Assembly (NCBI GenBank): GCA_048884785.1
Contig: JBHLQM010000011.1
Coordinates: 30,473-64,493, forward strand
From: Candidatus Thorarchaeota archaeon
Lineage (GTDB): Archaea; Asgardarchaeota; Thorarchaeia; Thorarchaeales; Thorarchaeaceae
Length of the DNA stretch: 34,021 nt
Direction: 5' to 3'
The position numbers were made by a program, and so were the translations under genes. Below, piece after piece: positions 1-8,611 of the stretch. The stretch's first letter is position 1. Each line of letters opens with the position of its first letter. The notes under the pieces are model-generated. The model saw only the letters and a list, made by a program, of their open reading frames with translations. It searched no databases and had not been told where the DNA came from.

Positions 1-792
1 TGGGATATTGCATATCGCCTATGGTTATCCCTGATGACTACACTGAATGCAGCCTGGAGATCCATTGGTCTTGCTAGAGCTGCAAGGGGTAGAAGAGGAC
101 TGGAATACACTGCATATTCAGAAGTTCGCACTCTAAGATCCTTAGACCTAATGAATCTTTATTGGGCAGGCACTGCTATTCTTCTAGTCCCTATAGCTTC
201 ATCATCATTTTTCCTCTCGCTTGGAATTGTGGGATTTCTTGCCGCAATTCTCGGACTATCGCTCATCAGTATAATGGCAATGGAGCTTGTACCCTGGTTT
301 CCGCCAGATGTTGAAAGCGTTCTTTTTAATGAGAAATTTGCCTATGTTTCCCTCTATAGTAGAAACGAACCTCACACTACACCTGTGATTTTTGGATACG
401 ATGGGAAGTATCTCTATTTCGCGATTAGCTTCAAATCAGCAAAATACCGGCTGATGAAACAAAACAATAGAATTGCACTACTTGTTGATATGAGAGATAG
501 AAACAATGTAATGAACAATAGGACTGTTCTCATGAGGGGAAAGGGATTGCTGTTGGGAGAACTAACGCCCATAGGCATTCTTCGTATGTTTGTCCATGGT
601 CTCTGGATGATCAAAGTTAGAATGCTATTCGCTACGAAATATCCTAAATATATGCGGTACTACAAGGATATGGCAGACACGATTCCGCCAGCTTGGCAGA
701 GTACGCCATTACTTTCACGTGTTCTTGTTAGACTGGAGCCCGAACAAATAACATATTGGAGAGAGGCAAGACCAACTTCGCTGAGGGTATAA
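1..792 (+). CDS. 5'-truncated membrane protein with C-terminal PNPOx-like (FMN/F420 split-barrel) domain
   Basis: Frame is open from base 1 (WDIAYRLWLSLM...), so the gene starts upstream of the window. Hydrophobic helices precede FAYVSLYSRNEPHTTPVIFGYDGKYLYF...SAKYRLMKQNNRIALLVD, a typical PNPOx/PPOX pattern. Confidence 0.75.
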   Translation, partial: WDIAYRLWLSLMTTLNAAWRSIGLARAARGRRGLEYTAYSEVRTLRSLDLMNLYWAGTAILLVPIASSSFFLSLGIVGFLAAILGLSLISIMAMELVPWFPPDVESVLFNEKFAYVSLYSRNEPHTTPVIFGYDGKYLYFAISFKSAKYRLMKQNNRIALLVDMRDRNNVMNNRTVLMRGKGLLLGELTPIGILRMFVHGLWMIKVRMLFATKYPKYMRYYKDMADTIPPAWQSTPLLSRVLVRLEPEQITYWREARPTSLRV

Positions 793-793
793 A

Positions 794-1339
794 ATGAAAT
801 CTGAACTAACAATTCAATTGAAGGATCAAAGGCCAGTTCCAAGAGCTGCAATGAAGCTTCTCGAGCATCAATTCTTCGCATACCTAAGTACAGTAGAGGC
901 AGGTTCCAATCCTCACATTACAACTATGTTCTATGTCTGGGATGAAGCACGCCTTCGAATCTACATGATCACAGGAGAGAATAGCACAAAAGCCCAAAAC
1001 ATAAGGAAAAACAATCGAGTGGCTGTAACAGTTGATGAACGTGATCCCAATTCCCCTGCAGGCAACTGTGGTGTTCTCATACGCGGCAGGGCAAATCTAA
1101 TTGATGTCGAGGAGGTTGGTGATGTTATCATGAACAAATACTGGAGCAAGTATCTGAAATTTCTTGGAACAGGATTCCCGATGGGATCTAGGGTATTCAT
1201 CGAAGTTATACCCCGTGTGATTCACTACTGGAAAGGCATTCATTTCTTCAAATGGTACAATCCGGATTATGAGAAACCACTGTACAAATTTAGCCAGGTG
1301 GTCTCGTCAATTTCCGGAAGTAGTAAAGTGCAATCATAA
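794..1339 (+). CDS. Pyridoxamine 5'-phosphate oxidase-like (split-barrel flavin/F420-binding) protein
   Basis: AYLSTVEAGSNPHITTMFYVWD...STKAQNIRKNNRVAVTVD...GVLIRGRA; starts 1 nt after the upstream stop. Confidence 0.85.
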   Translation: MKSELTIQLKDQRPVPRAAMKLLEHQFFAYLSTVEAGSNPHITTMFYVWDEARLRIYMITGENSTKAQNIRKNNRVAVTVDERDPNSPAGNCGVLIRGRANLIDVEEVGDVIMNKYWSKYLKFLGTGFPMGSRVFIEVIPRVIHYWKGIHFFKWYNPDYEKPLYKFSQVVSSISGSSKVQS

Positions 1340-2357
1340 GCATCAGAAATCCAACTGCAAGTGTAATGCTGTGTTCAGTGTACTGAACAAAAGTGGGAAG
1401 AATGTATCCAACAGTCATGTAGAGACCCACAAGAAGGTGCATTAGAACTGTTGCAACATTGGCTGGTACGAGTTGGTTGGGATTGTCAAATGCGCGAAGA
1501 GTTGTTCTGATTCCCACATAGCCCAAAGGCAGCAAAGTTAGAACCAGCAGTGTTTCGAAAGGAATGATGTTCAGAATAGCAAAAACTGGATTCCAAATGA
1601 AAATGGTAGCAATGAGAGCTGTATATCCCTTTGCAGCCTTTGAACGGCCAATTCTCACTACAATTGTTCTCTTTCCAGAATCTCGATCTGCATTGAAATC
1701 CGCAAATTCGTTGATGTACAAGACACCAGCAATGAGAAGTGCTATTGGCACTGATGCCACCACAGGCTCCCAAACAAAATCAAGAGCTTGCACATAGTAT
1801 GCACCAAATGTCATGAGCACCCCAAAATTCAGTCCGATGAATACTTCTCCAATTCCACGCTTCACAAAGCTAAATGGCGGTGCAGTATAGAAGAATCCAG
1901 AACCTGCGCCGATAACTCCTAGAACCAATATGAATAAGTCTCGAGTCATTGCCAAGTAGACGCCAATTGCTCCAGCAATAGCGAAGAAAATCATTGATTC
2001 AGCAAGAACTTCCCGCGGTGAAAGATACCCGAGCTGAATCATTCTACTACCTCCCGTAAAAGGCCGAATGAATTCTACGTTTATATCATCACTACCAGAC
2101 AGCTCAGCTGAGTGATCGAAAAAGTCGTTTGAAACATTCGCTCCAATATGAAGACACACTCCTGCTATCAAGGTAAGCAAAAACACATCAAGAAGCAGAA
2201 TTCCGCGTGTGGCCCATGCGATGGCTGTTCCAAGAAGGACAGGCACTATCGATGCCGTTAGGAAGGGAGCTCGAATCTCAAGGAAAAACGCTCTCAATTT
2301 GCTTGGCTTTTCAGAAGGGGCACTGATTTCTGTCATACTATATCTCTCAGGGGTCAT
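1290..2357 (-). CDS. menA: 1,4-dihydroxy-2-naphthoate polyprenyltransferase (MenA/UBIAD1 branch of UbiA family)
   Basis: RAPFLTASIVPVLLG, NVSNDFFD, GGSR, YTAPPF..KRGIGE, INEFADFNADRDSGKRT; ~9-10 TM helices; SD TAGGAG upstream. Confidence 0.88.
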   Translation of the reverse strand: MTPERYSMTEISAPSEKPSKLRAFFLEIRAPFLTASIVPVLLGTAIAWATRGILLLDVFLLTLIAGVCLHIGANVSNDFFDHSAELSGSDDINVEFIRPFTGGSRMIQLGYLSPREVLAESMIFFAIAGAIGVYLAMTRDLFILVLGVIGAGSGFFYTAPPFSFVKRGIGEVFIGLNFGVLMTFGAYYVQALDFVWEPVVASVPIALLIAGVLYINEFADFNADRDSGKRTIVVRIGRSKAAKGYTALIATIFIWNPVFAILNIIPFETLLVLTLLPLGYVGIRTTLRAFDNPNQLVPANVATVLMHLLVGLYMTVGYILPTFVQYTEHSITLAVGFLMLMIALYYFRKLTRPPG

Positions 2358-2453
2358 TGTCGACTCCTAAAAACTATTACTCATTGTCAGAATGGCTTAA
2401 ATGGGAAAGAGATTTTGAGAGAATGGACATGCATTCGATAGGAGTCATAACAG
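2358..2453. promoter_or_regulatory. Divergent promoter region between menA and the polyprenyl synthase, with mirror-image SD sites
   Basis: GACTCCTA at 2362-2369 and TAGGAGTC at 2439-2446 give the same SD 8-mer for each gene; TATA-like CTTAAAT near 2396. Confidence 0.5.
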
Positions 2454-3512
2454 GTGCCTGAAAGAGATAGCGTCACTACAGAAGGGAAAGAACTCGCTGT
2501 TTACAGTCGAAGTACTTCCCCCAATGGCGAGATTTCGTTTCTGAATGACCTGTCGGAGAGCCTTGTTATTAAAGAACGACTGCGGCTCATTGATGATGAG
2601 ATTGAAAGGGCTTTGGGAAGCGCCGAAGGAGAGCCAAAGATACTGTATGAAACAGCGGCACATCTTCTCAGGGCAGGCGGCAAAAGACTTCGCTCATTGC
2701 TTGTGATTCTATCATGTGAAGCAGTAGGAGGCAATGCGGAGGATGCCATACCTTTTGCCGTTGCCACTGAATTCGCACAGACTGCGAGTTTGATTCATGA
2801 TGATGTAATTGATGAGGATTCGCTTAGGCGTGGAGTGCAATCAACCCATGAGAAATTCGGTCAGAAAATGGCAATACTCGCTGGAGATTTACTTGTTGCT
2901 CAAGCAATACGAATGATAGGAAAACATGCCACTCCTGAAATTATCATTGAGGTAGCGAATGGGGCAATCCGCATGTGCGAAGGAGAAGCTGCGGATATGC
3001 AAATCCAAGCAAATAATCCTGAAGGAATGACAAAGGATAGCTACCTCGATATGATTGAGAAAAAGACTGTTTCATTTTTCAGAACAGCCACAAACATGGG
3101 TGCCACAGTAGGAAAGGGATCTCCATCACAATGCAAGGCACTGAAGGAATATGGTGAGAATCTTGGATATGCATTCCAGATTCGAGATGACATTCTGAAT
3201 GTTATATCCTCCAAGACAATAACCGGGAAATCAGTACACTCAGACCTCCTGTCACAGAGATGCAGCTATGCTCTCGTTCATGCATTGGATTCATGTTCTG
3301 AAGATGAGAGGTCTGAATGTTTGCGATTACTATCACAAGGTGACACTGCATATGCCCTTGAATTGATACACAAGACAAATGCAATCCCCTATGCAATAGA
3401 GCTAGCTCGTGAATATGTGGCAAAATCAAAACTAGCTCTGGTTGGACAGGAATTTCTGAATGAACCTCTGCTTCTGCAAATTGCAGACTTCGTACTACAG
3501 AGACTGCATTGA
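2454..3512 (+). CDS. trans-polyprenyl diphosphate synthase, probably long-chain type
   Basis: GGKRLR, FARM ASLIHDDVIDEDSLRRG, AILAGD, KT, SARM FQIRDDILN; GTG start after the SD. Confidence 0.92.
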   Translation: MPERDSVTTEGKELAVYSRSTSPNGEISFLNDLSESLVIKERLRLIDDEIERALGSAEGEPKILYETAAHLLRAGGKRLRSLLVILSCEAVGGNAEDAIPFAVATEFAQTASLIHDDVIDEDSLRRGVQSTHEKFGQKMAILAGDLLVAQAIRMIGKHATPEIIIEVANGAIRMCEGEAADMQIQANNPEGMTKDSYLDMIEKKTVSFFRTATNMGATVGKGSPSQCKALKEYGENLGYAFQIRDDILNVISSKTITGKSVHSDLLSQRCSYALVHALDSCSEDERSECLRLLSQGDTAYALELIHKTNAIPYAIELAREYVAKSKLALVGQEFLNEPLLLQIADFVLQRLH

Positions 3513-3646
3513 CCAGGCGACATATTATTTCAAATGTTAACCTAATTCATGCTATTGGCTTCATAATATGACCAATCTCACTAAGTGGTTTCTGACTAAG
3601 TTTTCCGATATGCTCATATAGGGTATAGTTAGTTGCAAATCGTAAC

Positions 3647-3702
3647 TTCCAGTGAGATGTTCGAGAGGAGGATTAATAGTCTTCCTGAACATATTATTGG
3701 AA
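3647..3702 (+). promoter_or_regulatory. Long 5'-leader hairpin upstream of the FAD-oxidase operon
   Basis: TTCCAGTGA-G-ATGTTC-GAG-AGGAGGATT-aat-AGTCTTCCT-GAACAT-A-TTATTGGAA gives 24 pairs including G-U; ends 15 nt before ATG 3718. Confidence 0.5.
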
Positions 3703-3717
3703 AATCACTCTGCAAGG

Positions 3718-5454
3718 ATGGCTATCATGATCACACGCAAAGAGTTGCAAGAGCTTGCAGACATAGTCGGAGAAGACTATTTCTCAGCAGAATCTTTTAT
3801 GAAAGAGCTCTATTCCAGCGATATTGCAGCTCTACCAGGACTTGTAAATGACCTGCTGCAAACCAGAGCAGATGCGATTGCTCAACCAATAACATCTGAG
3901 ATTGTATCTAATGTGCTCAAGTACTGCAGCAGCAAAGGTATTCCGGTCATACCCCGGGGGCATGGGACATCAGGATATGGCGGCGCGCTGCCTACTAGGA
4001 ATGGTCTAGTTCTGGAAATGACACGTATGAATCAAATCTACAACATTGACAGAGAGAACATGACTGTTGAGGTGGGCGCCGGAATAATCTGGGGAACCCT
4101 GCTCGAGGCTCTCGAGGATGAAGGCCTATCTCTTGCGGCTTATCCATCAAGCGCCCCATCTAGCACAGTCGGCGGCTGGGTTGCGGCTGGTGGAACCGGA
4201 ATTGGCAGCACTAAATACGGAGGGATTTCAAATCAAATTGTTGACCTCGAAGTAGTGCTACCGAATGGCATGATAATTCGTACAAAGGATGGAGGAAAAC
4301 ACCTCGCCCAAGCTTTGAGAAAGCCAGATTACACCTATTATCCTGGTTCTGAGAAGTATCTCTTTGCTCCTCCGGATTTCAATGAATTCGAGGATGACGT
4401 TTCGCATCTATTTGTAGATAGCAACGGCACATTGGGGGTGGTGACAAAAGTCGTTCTAAAGCTAATACCACTACAAAACATCCGGCCCATGGTTGCATCA
4501 TTCAGAAGCAGAAGACTCATGATAAACGCACTGAAAGATATTCTAGAAGCTACAAGGCCTTTCTATTTACACTTCATTACAAATGAATTCTTTCGCATGA
4601 TGAAAGAGGTCGGTAAGGCACCAGCAACAGCCGGCGATTGGGTCATCCTGAGCACCTACGAGGGGTCTGAGGACGAGGTATCAGCAGAGGTAGAGAAGTT
4701 TCACCATTTTGTGAAACGTCATAATGGTGTGATTGAATCAGATGAGCTTGCCCATCATGAATGGGGAGAAAGATTCTATCCCTTGAGGATTAAGAGACTG
4801 GGCCCAAGTCTTGCACCTTCAGAAGTCTATGTTCCTCTAGATAATCTTCAGGACTTTCTAACTGATATTGATGATCATTTCAAAGATGAAAAATATGCCA
4901 TAGAAGGAGCTATTACCATTAATGGTGAAGTGGCAGCTCTAGCATGGTTTCTTGATGATGAGCGTAAGAAAATATCATTCTTAATGGGCTGGTATAGGTC
5001 GCTTGATTTCATAGATATTGGGATAAAGAATGGCGGCCGCGCCTATAGCATAGGCTTGTGGAATGTTCCGCATTCTCGTTCATACTATGGAAGAGAACGG
5101 CTTGGAAAGATGTCTGATCTGAAGCGATATACTGATCCTAAGAGGAGTGTCAATCCGAATAAAGTGTTCTCAGGATCGCTGAATCTCTCCCTCAGATTCA
5201 ATCTGCTTATTATGTTTGCAGTTTCGATTGCACTTCCAATCATCTTAGTTCTAGCTGGGCTTTGGTTCCCAAGCATAATCAATTATTATGTACCGTGGAT
5301 AGTTCCTGTCACGGTCTTTGATTTCATTATTGCCTTTTGGGCAGGGATGTGTTTAGGATATGTCTTGGTTGAGATTGTGAATGTAATCCCTGTCGGATTT
5401 GTACTATCCATTGGTGGACCTTTCATGAGGTTATTTAGACGAATATGGCATTGA
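3718..5454 (+). CDS. FAD-binding oxidoreductase (PCMH/GlcD-Dld-like fold) with C-terminal transmembrane extension
   Basis: IPRGHGTSGYGG, VEVGAGIIW, PSSAPSSTVGGW, VVLPNG, SNGTLGVVTK, DPKRSVNPNK, then ~85 hydrophobic residues. Start placed at ATG 3718 (or 3727), not 3652. Confidence 0.85.
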   Translation: MAIMITRKELQELADIVGEDYFSAESFMKELYSSDIAALPGLVNDLLQTRADAIAQPITSEIVSNVLKYCSSKGIPVIPRGHGTSGYGGALPTRNGLVLEMTRMNQIYNIDRENMTVEVGAGIIWGTLLEALEDEGLSLAAYPSSAPSSTVGGWVAAGGTGIGSTKYGGISNQIVDLEVVLPNGMIIRTKDGGKHLAQALRKPDYTYYPGSEKYLFAPPDFNEFEDDVSHLFVDSNGTLGVVTKVVLKLIPLQNIRPMVASFRSRRLMINALKDILEATRPFYLHFITNEFFRMMKEVGKAPATAGDWVILSTYEGSEDEVSAEVEKFHHFVKRHNGVIESDELAHHEWGERFYPLRIKRLGPSLAPSEVYVPLDNLQDFLTDIDDHFKDEKYAIEGAITINGEVAALAWFLDDERKKISFLMGWYRSLDFIDIGIKNGGRAYSIGLWNVPHSRSYYGRERLGKMSDLKRYTDPKRSVNPNKVFSGSLNLSLRFNLLIMFAVSIALPIILVLAGLWFPSIINYYVPWIVPVTVFDFIIAFWAGMCLGYVLVEIVNVIPVGFVLSIGGPFMRLFRRIWH

Positions 5455-5478
5455 GCAAAACATAGGTGAGTAAAGAAT

Positions 5479-5868
5479 ATGCAACTAATACCCAATTTCC
5501 ATATGACTATCATCTTAGGACTTCCGGCTATCATCCTATTGGCCATAGGGACTCTATTGTATCAAATATCAAAAGAGAAGTATACATTTGCACATGGCAT
5601 ATGTGCAGGGCTATCTCTGCTACTTACCACGGTCAATATCATTGGAATAATTCCAACAACTGGTGTAGTTCTTGGTGCAGGAGCTGCAGATCTGTTCCAT
5701 TTCTTGCATATTATTATTGGAACGATTGGCTACATCTTTGGAATCATTGCATTTCTTACGGGCATTTCAGGAGTACGGACAAAAATACCGGGTCTCATTG
5801 CTCTTATCTCATGGACTACCGTCTTTGTGATGGGAGTGGCAATTTATGGTATTCAGGTCTTGATTTAG
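5479..5868 (+). CDS. Small 4-TM membrane protein with intramembrane His residues (cytochrome b561/DUF420-like)
   Basis: SD AGGTGAG upstream; four hydrophobic helices; His8, His39, His74, His77; fills the gap between the two FAD-oxidase genes. Confidence 0.75.
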   Translation: MQLIPNFHMTIILGLPAIILLAIGTLLYQISKEKYTFAHGICAGLSLLLTTVNIIGIIPTTGVVLGAGAADLFHFLHIIIGTIGYIFGIIAFLTGISGVRTKIPGLIALISWTTVFVMGVAIYGIQVLI

Positions 5869-5879
5869 GAGGAATAATA

Positions 5880-7358
5880 ATGAATCAAGTAATTCAAGAT
5901 GTCAAAGACCTATCAGAACTGCCTTGGGTTAGCTCAAGCATGACAGAAAGGCTCTCAGCAAGTGGCGATACTACAGGTATTCCATACTACCACTACAGAT
6001 GGAAGAAGAAATGGTTGGCGGATTATGTTGCTTGGCCTACGAGTGCAGAGCAAGTTTCAATGATTCTCAAATTTGCATCAAAGAAGAACATTCCTGTTGT
6101 CCCAAGAGGAGGTGGAACATGCTACTATGGTTCTGCGAGTCCAACTCGAGGCGGCATTATTCTTGACACCAAAGCCCTAGATGCGATTCTCAGGATAAAT
6201 GAGGAGGAGCTGTGGGTAGATGTCCAATCAGGAATAGTATGGGAGGTTTTGGATAGGAAGCTTGAACGAAAGGGCCTATCATTAAAAGTGACTCCACAGA
6301 GCGCACCTGCTTCAACCTTGGGAGGATGGCTTTCAATCGGTGGGAAGGCAGGTATTGGGACACCTAAGTTTGGCACAATGCTAGATAATATTCAGGAGAT
6401 GACGGTTGTTCGTCCCAACGGAACTATCGAAGTTGTGACAGGAGAGAAGATGAAACCATTCTTTGGCACTAGCGGGATAGCAGGCGTAGTGGTTTCAATG
6501 AAACTAAAGATTCGACGCAAGCCTGAAAGAATTGATGGCGTTATGTATGCCTTCGAAACAGTGGAAAAGGCATGTGAGGCCTCTAGATGGATAGGTGAAT
6601 CTAGTCTAAAGCCAGTGTATTTGAGAATCACTGACCTTGAATATGAATGGCGAATTCAGGGAGGCCTTCCGCCGCATCCGAAGAATGGCTGCTTTGTGCT
6701 AGTAACATATGATGGAGCAAACGAGGAAGTAGAACAGGGTATAAAACTGGCGCGGAGCGTGCTTGAGTCTTCAGGTGGCTTCGATGTGGGCAAAAGCTTC
6801 TACGAAAAGAACTGGGAAGACAGATTCATCATTGAAATGAAATTGAAGCTGGAAGTACCAACGCTCTCCATGCAGAATTTCCTGATTGAACCGAGTAAGG
6901 TATCAATACTCACCAAGAAGATGTACAGTATAGCAAAGAAGTACAGAATAAATTCCTGTTTCTACGCAGTTTTAGGAGCCAACACAAAATTCCGTTTCTG
7001 CGCATTTGCGCCTTCAGACCATAGGCATTGGATGCATTTCATGTCTGGAAAATCAATGCTTCATCACTTGGTGAAGGAGGCATATAGGAATGGAGCAAAG
7101 CTCTATACACTTGGTCTACAGAACACGGTATATCTGAAGAAATACCAGCCAGAAGATTACAAGTTGTATAGACAACTTAGAGATGAATGGGATCCTCAAA
7201 AACTAATGAATCCTGACAAGCTCACTAATGCCAATATGACATACAGAAGATTGAATCTAATGTTCTCCATGAATGGTCGCATTAGACGATTGATGGCGAT
7301 TTTTAGAATTGCAAAGAATATACTTCAAGTTCCTGAGTGGGTCAAGGAGGAAAAATAA
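5880..7358 (+). CDS. Second FAD-binding oxidoreductase (GlcD/Dld-like fold)
   Basis: SD AGGAGG precedes ATG 5880; VPRGGGTCYYG, VQSGIVW, PQSAPASTLGGW, GTSGIAGVVV, DPQKLMNPDK. The track's start at 5466 is an over-extension. Confidence 0.85.
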   Translation: MNQVIQDVKDLSELPWVSSSMTERLSASGDTTGIPYYHYRWKKKWLADYVAWPTSAEQVSMILKFASKKNIPVVPRGGGTCYYGSASPTRGGIILDTKALDAILRINEEELWVDVQSGIVWEVLDRKLERKGLSLKVTPQSAPASTLGGWLSIGGKAGIGTPKFGTMLDNIQEMTVVRPNGTIEVVTGEKMKPFFGTSGIAGVVVSMKLKIRRKPERIDGVMYAFETVEKACEASRWIGESSLKPVYLRITDLEYEWRIQGGLPPHPKNGCFVLVTYDGANEEVEQGIKLARSVLESSGGFDVGKSFYEKNWEDRFIIEMKLKLEVPTLSMQNFLIEPSKVSILTKKMYSIAKKYRINSCFYAVLGANTKFRFCAFAPSDHRHWMHFMSGKSMLHHLVKEAYRNGAKLYTLGLQNTVYLKKYQPEDYKLYRQLRDEWDPQKLMNPDKLTNANMTYRRLNLMFSMNGRIRRLMAIFRIAKNILQVPEWVKEEK

Positions 7359-7361
7359 GAA

Positions 7362-8579
7362 ATGCGACGTTTCTTTACAAGTGAATTTGACTTCGATCCT
7401 GATAAGATAGTATTGTGCAGCAACTGCTCAACCTGCAGATGGACTTGCACAAGTTATGAGGAATTTGGCACTGAAGCCATGTTCGCAGGCGGCCGGCTTC
7501 GCCTTCTGAGGTCTTATGTTGAACGAAATCTTTCGGTCGATGATGATTTTGTCAAAGCTGTATATGCCTGCTCAACATGTGAACAGTGTGTTGAGAGATG
7601 TCCAATAAAAGTCCCGTATGTGGATATCATTGAGGATTTGCGCAAGAGACTCGTCCAGATTGGCAAGGGACCTTATGGCAAGCTAGGTGCTCTTGGAGAC
7701 CGAGTGTTCAGCATCCATAATCCATTTGATGGAAACCCCAACGAACGAGCGGCCTGGGTTACACCCGAGCTGAGAGTATCTGAGGATTCTGAATGGGGGT
7801 ATTTTGTAGGATGTACAGCATCATTTAGACGACAAGAAATTGCTGTGGCAACAGTAAAAATGCTCAATCACTTTGGAATCGAACCTCAGATTCTTGGTTC
7901 TGAGGAATATTGTTGTTGTAGCCCACTTATACGTACTGGGCAAGTAAAAAGACCAATCTACAAGAAGAAAGAGGACGGTACTAAGGAGTATCAAGGCGAG
8001 CTTGATGTTGATAAGAAGATAAATCACAATATAGAAGAGTTCAAGACCAGAGGTGTCAAACATCTAATCTATTCCTGTTCTGGATGCTATCGTACAACAA
8101 CGCTGGATTGGCCAAAATACTATCGTGAGCGTGGCGGGATACTACCTTTCTCCACGCAGCACCTCTCCCAGTTCTTAGCACTGAAAGCAAAGAAAGGAGA
8201 ACTGAATTGGAAAAAGCCGTATAATGAACGTGTCACATATCACGACCCATGTCACTTGGGCAGACACGTGGGAATAATGGATGCACCCAGAGAGGTCATA
8301 AGGAGCATCCCTGGTGTTGAACTGGTCGAGATGGAGAGAAACAGGCTCAACTCCAAATGCTGCGGCGCTGGAGGCGGCTTTAAGGCTGGATTTGGAGATA
8401 ATGCAACGAATGTTGCATCACGGAGAATTGAAGAAGCACTTGAGGCTGGCGCGACCACACTGATATCATCCTGCGTCTTCTGCAAGCTCAATTTCCTTGA
8501 TGCTGTCAAAGCCCACGACTATAAGATCAAAATAAAAAATATTGAAGACATATTCATTGAACTGATGGATCTGGGCTAG
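7362..8579 (+). CDS. Fe-S oxidoreductase with 2x[4Fe-4S] motifs and two CCG domains (GlcF/GlpC/HdrD-like)
   Basis: CSNCSTCRWTC, CSTCEQCVERCP, YFVGC, CCCS, SCSGC, TYHDPCHLGR, CCGAGGG, SCVFC. Confidence 0.9.
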   Translation: MRRFFTSEFDFDPDKIVLCSNCSTCRWTCTSYEEFGTEAMFAGGRLRLLRSYVERNLSVDDDFVKAVYACSTCEQCVERCPIKVPYVDIIEDLRKRLVQIGKGPYGKLGALGDRVFSIHNPFDGNPNERAAWVTPELRVSEDSEWGYFVGCTASFRRQEIAVATVKMLNHFGIEPQILGSEEYCCCSPLIRTGQVKRPIYKKKEDGTKEYQGELDVDKKINHNIEEFKTRGVKHLIYSCSGCYRTTTLDWPKYYRERGGILPFSTQHLSQFLALKAKKGELNWKKPYNERVTYHDPCHLGRHVGIMDAPREVIRSIPGVELVEMERNRLNSKCCGAGGGFKAGFGDNATNVASRRIEEALEAGATTLISSCVFCKLNFLDAVKAHDYKIKIKNIEDIFIELMDLG

Positions 8580-8611
8580 AAGGAACTTCAATGCACAAGG
8601 CCAGTTGATAG

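Noticed and set aside
5466-5879. 138-aa His/Cys/Trp-rich N-terminal extension of the 630-aa ORF
   Set aside because: It is the off-frame reading of the real membrane gene 5479-5868; a strong SD and ATG at 5880 mark the true start.
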